Below, in pieces: positions 56,786 through 64,000 of a stretch of 64,000 nt of DNA. The translations under genes and the position numbers were made by a program. Below the pieces are notes generated by a model, which worked only from the letters and a program-made list of their open reading frames with translations, ran no database searches and had not been told where the DNA came from. Origin of the DNA: Candidatus Latescibacterota bacterium (GTDB lineage Bacteria > Latescibacterota > UBA2968); the NCBI GenBank assembly GCA_965222605.1, contig OZ244960.1, forward strand, positions 3,072,001 to 3,136,000, read 5' to 3'. Each line of letters opens with the position of its first letter. Within the stretch, counting starts at the first letter, position 1.

Positions 56786-58538
56786 AGAAATGGCTCACTC
56801 ATATCGCAACGCATCAATCGGATTGGATCGCGCTGCGCGAATGGCTTGCATGCTCACGGTTCCAAAGGCGATGATCAGAGCCATTATTGCGCTCGCAACA
56901 AATGGCACTACATTCAGGTCTGTCTGATAGGCAAACCCGGAGAGCCAGTCGTGCATCAGATAGTAGGCGATTGGCCAGGCAATGCCGTTGGCGAGCAGAA
57001 TGAGCAACATAAATTCGCGCGAGAGTAGCATCATTAGATGCGGTGTGGATGCGCCCAGTATTTTCCGCACGCCAATTTCTTTGGTGCGAGCCTGAACCAT
57101 AAACGCCGCCAGTCCAAACAGTCCCAAACACGCTACAAAAATTGCCAGTAGTGAAAATACCCCGAGCATTTTGCCGGTGCGCCGTTCGTCGAAATAGTGC
57201 AAGTATATGATTTCATCCAGGAAGTAATATTCAAAGGGTTCATCCGGCACAAAGCGTTTCCACTGTGTTTCGAGAAAGGACAGGGTCTGCGCGGTGTTTT
57301 CCGGGCGGATGCGTAAGGCCAGCGAATAAAATACCTCCCAACGGGCCAAAAACCCCATGGGGGCTATTTCTTCTCGGAGCGTCAAGCTGTGGTAGTCTTT
57401 TACAACGCCAATTACGGTCAGGGTTTGATTTTGAAATTCTGGAGATTCGATCTGTTTGCCAATCGGATCTTCCTCCCAGCCGAGCAGGTGCACGGCTGTT
57501 TCGTTCAAAATAATTGCCTGAGAGGTATCGCTGGCAACATCGGCTGAAAAGGTGCGACCGCGAAGTAAGGGAATGTCAAATGTCTCAAAAAAAGAATCAT
57601 CAACTTCGTTTATGCGAATTGTCCGTTCTTTTGTTCGGTCTCCATTGGGCCAGATTAGTCGCGGTAGTCCGCCGTATCCCGTAATGCGGTATCGCAGTGC
57701 CGACGCGCTGAGGATATTGGGGTGTTCGAGAAAGACCTGTTTGACCATAAGGTAGCGTGCCGAAAGGCGCATTTGTGGGTTGGATTCCTTCTTAAAATCG
57801 CGGAGAAAAATCGGCAAACTCACAATGTGATCGCGCGTGAAACCCATATCTTTGGTGTCTATAAATCGCAGTTGTTGATAAACCACCAGGGTGCAGATCA
57901 CCAGCAAGATGGACATGCCAAACTGAAAAACCACGAGTCCTTTCCGCAGTCCTGTGGAACCCGGTGAGGAAAACGCACTGCTTTTTAACGCTGTGACCGG
58001 GCGAAAGGAGGAAAGGAAAAATGCTGGATACCATCCCGCCAGCAATCCGACTATCAATGTTAGTGTCAGCACTGCTGGGGCACCTGCTATCACGATAGCT
58101 GCGTTGAGATGTAAATCGCTGTACACAAATTGGTTGAATAGGGGCAGGCATATCTCGACCAGTGCCAGGGCAATCAGCAGGGCAGCGCAGGTTAAAAGCA
58201 GGGATTCGCTCAAAAACTGAACCATCAGTTGCAGGCGATGCGCGCCAACCACTTTTCGCACGCCTACTTCACGCTTGCGGGTGACAGCGCGTGCAGTTGC
58301 CAGATTTGTAAAATTCACGCAGGCAATGACCACCACGATCAGTCCGATAACCGCCAGCATGTAAATTTTTTGAATAGGGCTGTTGGCAGCCGGGTTAAAA
58401 TCGGATTCACCATACAAGTACACGCGGTGCAGGGGCTGCAAATGGTAGGTGTTTTTTGCCGCAACTTCATCCCCCATATACTGTTTGATCAACGACTGCA
58501 TTTTCGCTTGTAGGATTTCTGCGTTTTGTTCTTCTTTT

Positions 58539-60102
58539 GTAACTATTTAGGTATGTGAGTAATCAAGGGTATAGTTGTGTTCTTTCAAGACCAGTGCAAG
58601 TTCTTTCAAGACAGGGATGCGCTGTTTTCTCAAGGTTGAGAGGAAGGCTTGGAGGCGTGCATATCTCTTGGCCCCTGCCAAGGTGCGAAAGCATGTGGCG
58701 ACTTTCTGTTTGACTTTTGCCGGGCGCAAGTCTCGTTCGGCTTGATTATTGGTGAACGGGACAGCATGGTGAAAGGCAAAGGCCAATACCGCGTCTTGAT
58801 GTGTGATGAGCCGTTGGAGTAAGTTATAGGCACGACTACCTTTTGCCCGTCCCTTCTTGCCAGTCTTCTTGACAGGTGGCGGTTCCTTCTTTTGGGCATA
58901 AAGGAGCAGACGTTGATAGATTTGGCGGGCTTTGGGCTGCTTCGCTTCGGGCAGATTGGTTGTGCCTTGCACACTCATGCGATAAAGGGCTAAGAGGAAG
59001 CGGTGCATGTGCTTGGCCCATCGGCTCCCATTCTCATAGGCATCGGTGAGTTCGCGCAGGAGATGTGCACCGCAAAGACTATGGCGACAAGGCCAAGAGG
59101 TGAAATAGCTCGCATAGCTATCGTGGACGGCCCAACCGGGGAAGGTGTTAAGCACCGAATCGGCTCCTTGCAACGCCTCACGTCCCCGTTTTTGATGCAC
59201 GAACAAATGTGTCTCGTGTCCTGTGCTTGAGACATGCAGCCAGTGCAGGCGGCCTGCTACCCTCAGTCCGGTCTCATCAAAATGCGCCACCGGACTTGCC
59301 ATCAGCCGTTTCTTAATCACCGATTCGGTCTTTTCTAAGCCCCGATAGGCCAAGTCCAAGGCATCCTGTTGCGTGCTTTCATTGATGCCATGCCCAAACA
59401 GGTCTTCAAACAGATGCTTGATTTTCTTGAACGGAAGCCGATAGTCCACATTGAGCAGACAGGATAAGGCACGAACACGCGACCCATATTGCACCGGCGC
59501 AGAGATAGGAGGTGGAAAGCGAGAAGTGTGATAGGCGCCACAGCGCGAACAAGAACACCCAAAGGTCTGATATTCGGTCACCACCATACGAGGCTCTGGC
59601 AGATCAAAGCATTGGCGACGCGCAAGCAGACTTTGGGCAGCGGTGGACAAATCCTGACCGCAAGAACACTTTTCAACCCGCAGGGGAACCACCACATCCG
59701 GGGTCTCAACCTGCGACAACGTTTGACCCTTATGACCGCGCAGACCACCGCGCCGACGCTTCTGACTCGACTTGGGAAAGGCTGGCTTTTTGCGATATCC
59801 CTCGCTGGATGGGGGACGATGGCTATTCTGGCTATCTTGACCTACTTGCCGCTTGAGGCGGGCATTTTCTTCGCGTAATTGCACGTTCTCTTCGCGTAAT
59901 TGCTCAGTCTCAAGACTTAAGCACTCATGCCCTGCTTCCAAGTGCTCAATGCGACTTAATAACTCATCTATGAGGTGATGAAGGCCAACAATATCTTCTG
60001 GACGACGCAATTCCACATCCTTTCATTAAACAAAACATAAATCACTCACTCAGACATAGGATAGACTTTTATAACCCTAAACGCAACAACCTAAATAGTT
60101 AC
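58539..60102 (-). mobile_element. IS66-family insertion sequence (single-ORF, ISBst12-like)
   Basis: 14-bp TIR GTAACTATTTAGGT / ACCTAAATAGTTAC; 8-bp TSD CTTCTTTT at 58531-58538 and 60103-60110. Confidence 0.93.
58547..60016 (-). CDS. IS66 family transposase
   Basis: Leucine zipper, DSQNSHRPPSS, Zn-ribbon cysteines, HFDETG, HSLCGAHLLREL and PFTNNQAERDLR..KVKQK. Confidence 0.93.
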   Translation of the reverse strand: MELRRPEDIVGLHHLIDELLSRIEHLEAGHECLSLETEQLREENVQLREENARLKRQVGQDSQNSHRPPSSEGYRKKPAFPKSSQKRRRGGLRGHKGQTLSQVETPDVVVPLRVEKCSCGQDLSTAAQSLLARRQCFDLPEPRMVVTEYQTFGCSCSRCGAYHTSRFPPPISAPVQYGSRVRALSCLLNVDYRLPFKKIKHLFEDLFGHGINESTQQDALDLAYRGLEKTESVIKKRLMASPVAHFDETGLRVAGRLHWLHVSSTGHETHLFVHQKRGREALQGADSVLNTFPGWAVHDSYASYFTSWPCRHSLCGAHLLRELTDAYENGSRWAKHMHRFLLALYRMSVQGTTNLPEAKQPKARQIYQRLLLYAQKKEPPPVKKTGKKGRAKGSRAYNLLQRLITHQDAVLAFAFHHAVPFTNNQAERDLRPAKVKQKVATCFRTLAGAKRYARLQAFLSTLRKQRIPVLKELALVLKEHNYTLDYSHT

Positions 60103-60884
60103 CTTCTTTTAATAGCACATAGGTTTTTATCGGACGCCACAATTGCAAAGGCATCCACATCGTCCACGCCTCTTGCGTTTCTCCTACGGGGGGTATTGTG
60201 GTTAAGAGTATTTGAAAATAAAGGTCTGATGGGAGGTAAAGGTCTGATGAGAGGTGTGACTTCTTTACAATGCCGGTTACTGTGTACTCGCCCGGAAAAC
60301 TGCGAATGTCGATTGAAAATGTTTTGCCCATTGGATCAGTATCGCCAAATAAGTGTTGCGCCATGTCGTCGGTAATGACCGCAGAGTAGGGCGTGCGAAA
60401 CGCGGTCTTTGGATCGCCTTTTATCAGGGGAAAGTCGAATACGTCCAAAAAGTTGTCATCTACCAGCGCCGAAATATATTGACCCTGGTGCTCGCCATAT
60501 TTTGCAGATACGCCCCACTGCTGCCAGATACGCACAGTTGTTTCTACTTCGGGAAATGTTTCTTCTAACGCAGGTCCAAGGGCACCTGATGTACCACTGC
60601 CATAAGTTGTTTGTGTGCTGCCGCGTTCTTCTCGAATCACTTTGTAAATGCGGTCGCCCAGTGTGTGATCGCGATCTACTGAAAATTCCTGTTGGATATA
60701 CAACAGGATCAAAATGCCACACGCCAATCCAATGGCAAGTCCCAATACATTGATGGATGTGTACAATTTGTGCCGCATCAAATTGCGGACCGCAACGGTT
60801 AGATAATTTTTGATCATAAGAAGCCTCCTGATGGCGAAGCGCAAGCAGTCAGCGGTCGGCAGCTCCCGGTCCCCAGCTCCAGTC

Positions 60885-63299
60885 TCACTCATCTCGCAGG
60901 GCATCCGCCGGGTTTGCGCGTGCTGCTTTGAGGGTCTGAGTGGTGACGGTTGTGAGTACGACAAAGAACATGACCACGCTACCGAGTAAGAATGCGTTCA
61001 CCCCCAATTCAGTGCGGTAGGCGAAGGTTTGTAACCATTGATTGGTTGCGTAATAGGCGATTGGAAATGCGATGAAGCTGGCAAGGGCGATGTAGAGGAT
61101 AAATTCCCGCGAGAGCAGGGACAAGATTTGAGATTGTGATGCGCCCAATACTTTGCGAATGCCAATTTCTTTGGTGCGTCGCGCAGCAGCCAATGCTGCC
61201 AGTCCAAATGCGCCGAGTCCCGCGATGAAGATAGCGAATCCCGTGGCGTATTGGATCATTTGATTCCAGCGTTCTTCTTTTTTGTATTGTCCATCTAAGT
61301 CTTCATCGATGAATGAAAAGAAGAATGTCCGTTTGGGTGCGAGTTTTTCCCACTGTTCTTTGATAAAAGCGATGGTGCCCGGTACATTTTCGGAGTGAAT
61401 GCGAACCCACAAGCGTCCGGTGCTTGTACTGAGTGGCAGAACAGAAGGGTCAACTTCGTGATGCAAAGAGCGAAAATGGAAATTTTGAACAACGCCGATG
61501 ATGGTTCTGGCTCGTAAGCCCAGTTTGATTGTTTTGCCGACTGGATCTTCTATGCCGAGTTTTTTAACCAGTGCCTCGTTGACAATGATCGCTTCTTTGG
61601 CATCGGTTGGAAATTCTCTGTCGTATTCTCGACCTGCGACGAGTTTCATACCGAGTGTTTTGAACAAATCGTAATCAATGCTAATGCTTTCAACGTATTG
61701 CCTTGGGCTTCCTTTATAAGTTACATAGTGCCCGCTACGCCCCCTGTCATTGAGACGGTGGTTAAGCCAGGTTGTGCTGATCACTGCAGGGTGAGACATC
61801 ACCGCATCCCGAAAAACGGTTGGTAGGGTTTTGCTTTCTTCTTTTAAGCGATAGGTCGAAAAGGTGACGATATTTTCGGTTTGATATCCCAGAGGTTTGG
61901 TACGCAAAAATGTGAGTTGTTTGCCCATCATCAGAGTGGTGATGATTAAAAATATCGAAAGGACAAACTGAAAAATGACCAATACGCTGCCAAAACGATT
62001 GCCCGTTTTAATTTGCAGTCTGCTCGTTATAATTTGGGTTGGCTGCAATCGGGATAGGATAAAAGCTGGATAACCCCCTGCTGTGATGCCAACAAAGCTG
62101 ACCAGCAGAATGAGAAAGGCGAGTGTTGAGAGATTGAGACCGTCGGTCAGGGACAGGGATTTTCCGATCAGGTTGTTGAATGTTGGCAAGGCGAGTTCTG
62201 CGATGGCAATGCCGGCGATGAGTGCGATGAAGATGAGTAAGAGCGATTCTCCGATAAATTGGTTTGCGATTTGCATGCGCCCTGCGCCGACGACTTTTCG
62301 CAAGCCGACTTCTCGCGCTCGCGTTGCCTGCCTGCCGAGGGTCAGGGTGGTGAAGTTGACACAGGCGATAAATAGCACGAGTAGTGCAATGCCCAATAAG
62401 ATGTATGAATAAACTGGATTACTGCTATTATATACCCCCCTGATTTGGGAGAAATGCATTTGGGTGATAGGGAGGAGTTTGAGCTGTGTCTCTTCTCTGT
62501 TGAGCATTATCTTTCTGTCTTCGCCCCACCAGATTTTGGTCCACCTGGAAAATTGTTGTTCAACACTATTTGGGGATACATTTTGAGGGAGCATCATATA
62601 CGTAGCCACGTAGTTTGAATTCCATGGGTTGACTCGGCCCCCGAATAATCCAGATAGCCATGATCGTCCTTCAAATGGCAGTAGTATGTCAAATTGAAGA
62701 GTGGAGTTTTTGGGAACGTTTTGCACAATACCTGTAATAGTATAGTTTTGAATTTCCTCCCCGCGCTGAATTGGAAGCAGTTCCCCGACCGGGTTGGCCT
62801 TGTTGAAATACTTTTGAGCGATTTTTTCTGTTATAACAGTAGAATACTTGTCTTGGAGCGCTTGAGTAGGGTCGCCGTGAATGACTGAGAAAGAAAAAAT
62901 GTCGAGGAAATTGGGATCAACATAACCCAATTTTGCCCAAAAAGCGCGGTTTTCCGTACCAATTTTTCCTCCACCATTTACGAAACGAATCGTCTGCATA
63001 TTTGGAAATGCTTCTGTTAGTGCAGGTCCGAGGGGTTCTGGTGTAAGACTGCTAATCCTACTGCTAATCCACAAGTTTTGCCGATCTACGTAAACCCGAT
63101 AGATGCGGTCGGCGTTTTCGTGAAAGGTATCGTAGGTCCATTCATGATATACAAAGAGGAAGGTGATAATGCAGAAGGCGAGGCCGATGGCAATGCCGAT
63201 GATGTTGATGGCGGAGTAGATGCGATGCCTGGCGAGGTTGCGGATCGCTGTTTTCAGATAGCTACTGAATAAAGATATTTCAACACTGGCTCTGAACAT
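60885..63299 (-). CDS. ABC transporter permease (paralogue B')
   Basis: Permease motifs; start MFRASV; ends NPADALRDE. Confidence 0.9.
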   Translation of the reverse strand: MFRASVEISLFSSYLKTAIRNLARHRIYSAINIIGIAIGLAFCIITFLFVYHEWTYDTFHENADRIYRVYVDRQNLWISSRISSLTPEPLGPALTEAFPNMQTIRFVNGGGKIGTENRAFWAKLGYVDPNFLDIFSFSVIHGDPTQALQDKYSTVITEKIAQKYFNKANPVGELLPIQRGEEIQNYTITGIVQNVPKNSTLQFDILLPFEGRSWLSGLFGGRVNPWNSNYVATYMMLPQNVSPNSVEQQFSRWTKIWWGEDRKIMLNREETQLKLLPITQMHFSQIRGVYNSSNPVYSYILLGIALLVLFIACVNFTTLTLGRQATRAREVGLRKVVGAGRMQIANQFIGESLLLIFIALIAGIAIAELALPTFNNLIGKSLSLTDGLNLSTLAFLILLVSFVGITAGGYPAFILSRLQPTQIITSRLQIKTGNRFGSVLVIFQFVLSIFLIITTLMMGKQLTFLRTKPLGYQTENIVTFSTYRLKEESKTLPTVFRDAVMSHPAVISTTWLNHRLNDRGRSGHYVTYKGSPRQYVESISIDYDLFKTLGMKLVAGREYDREFPTDAKEAIIVNEALVKKLGIEDPVGKTIKLGLRARTIIGVVQNFHFRSLHHEVDPSVLPLSTSTGRLWVRIHSENVPGTIAFIKEQWEKLAPKRTFFFSFIDEDLDGQYKKEERWNQMIQYATGFAIFIAGLGAFGLAALAAARRTKEIGIRKVLGASQSQILSLLSREFILYIALASFIAFPIAYYATNQWLQTFAYRTELGVNAFLLGSVVMFFVVLTTVTTQTLKAARANPADALRDE

Positions 63300-63405
63300 T
63301 TTATACCTCTTAGAAATACAGAATTGCAAAACTACTGGAAATTCATGATATTTAAAATCACGATAATCAAGAAGAAATTCGCATTGCGTGTTGGAGACTT
63401 TTTTT

Positions 63406-63714
63406 ATGAAAACCGAGCGTTGGACAATTCCAGGGATTATCAAAGACGGTGTGGTTGTGCCCCAGAGCAATACCCCTTTGCCCAATGGTATCTATGTAGA
63501 TATTCTCATTCGTCCGGTGGATATGACGCCTGAACTCAAGTCTGAATTAGACCAGTGGGACAAGGCGAGCGATGAAGCATGGGCACTGATAGATCAAGAG
63601 GCAATCTCGCGCAAACAACCAGTTCCAAAATTCGGCAGCGCAAAGGGGCTTGTTAAAATGTCAGATGATTTTGACGAACCTCTTGAAGATTTTGAACGCA
63701 GGTGGGCGATCTGA
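63406..63714 (+). CDS. Orphan chimeric antitoxin-like protein (AF2212-like N-terminus plus DUF2281-like C-terminus)
   Basis: TIPGIIKDGVVVP..PLP.G..V; PKFGSAKGLVKMSDDFDEPLEDF. Confidence 0.6.
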   Translation: MKTERWTIPGIIKDGVVVPQSNTPLPNGIYVDILIRPVDMTPELKSELDQWDKASDEAWALIDQEAISRKQPVPKFGSAKGLVKMSDDFDEPLEDFERRWAI

Positions 63715-63718
63715 TAAC

Positions 63719-64000
63719 TCACTCATATCGCAGGGCATCAATGGGATTGGTGCGGGCAACTTTATAGGCTTGATAACTCACTGTGGACAACGCGATAAAC
63801 AATGCCAGAAAACCACTCAGAATAAACGCCCATATATTCAGGTCAATGCGATAAGCGAAGTCCTGTAACCACCTGTTCATCGCGTAGTAGGCGATTGGCC
63901 AGGCAATGAGATTGGCAAGTCCGACGAGCAGGGCGAACTCTTTCGATAACATGAGCACGAGGTTAGAAACCGATGCGCCCAATACTTTGCGGATGCCGAT
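63719..64000 (-). CDS. ABC transporter permease (paralogue D'), 3' end only; runs off the window
   Basis: IGIRKVLGASVSNLVLMLSKEF...NPIDALRYE. Confidence 0.9.
   Translation of the reverse strand: MGIRKVLGASVSNLVLMLSKEFALLVGLANLIAWPIAYYAMNRWLQDFAYRIDLNIWAFILSGFLALFIALSTVSYQAYKVARTNPIDALRYE

Larger units (their letters stand above)
56795..60817 (-). pseudogene. ABC transporter permease (paralogue C') interrupted by IS66
   Basis: 5' part 60103-60817 (MIKNYL..YVLLKE) and 3' part 56795-58538 (EQNAEILQAKMQSL..ALRYE) rejoin in frame once the IS and one TSD copy are removed. Confidence 0.9.

Noticed and set aside
59864-59902. 21-bp-period repeat in the IS66 transposase (LREENVQLREENA)
   Set aside because: Normal leucine-zipper heptad repeat of IS66 transposases.
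60846-60882. Degenerate heptamer run CAGTCAG CGGTCGG CAGCTCC CGGTCCC CAGCTCC
   Set aside because: Short, degenerate intergenic repeat seen only once; no function can be supported.
21139-64000. Classical integron
   Set aside because: No tyrosine recombinase, and no recurring attC (RYYYAAC...GTTRRRY) sites between genes.

Overview
Bacterial 64-kb window with nearly all genes on the minus strand. The gene content (many sulfatases, PhyH/HEAT and GWxTD proteins, duplicated MacB/FtsX-type permeases) resembles Latescibacterota/Gemmatimonadota-like or similar marine host-associated bacteria; this taxonomy is inference. (1) 1-21 kb: a catabolic cluster (sulfatases, GH117, GH2, PhyH dioxygenases, oxidoreductases, ThDP enzyme). 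It also holds an intact TnpB-only IS200/IS605 element inserted in a decayed sulfatase, an AAA-ATPase/DUF4276 pair, a Fic gene with 12-bp direct repeats and a PcfJ-domain gene. (2) 21-64 kb: an array of at least 10 co-oriented ~800-aa ABC permease paralogues with only one membrane-fusion protein and two stand-alone ATPases in the window. A sigma-54 promoter block occurs twice in this array. Cargo genes (HD hydrolase, GWxTD/TPR protein, ABC exporter pair) sit between duplicated paralogues or duplicated gene ends. Intact, broken and chimeric toxin-antitoxin modules, a secreted XendoU nuclease, an IS66 and several recombination scars are interspersed. The most striking observations are the expanding, diversifying permease array and a CRISPR-like repeat-spacer-repeat in-frame insertion inside one permease. 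No rRNA, tRNA, true CRISPR array, integrase or reverse transcriptase was recognised.
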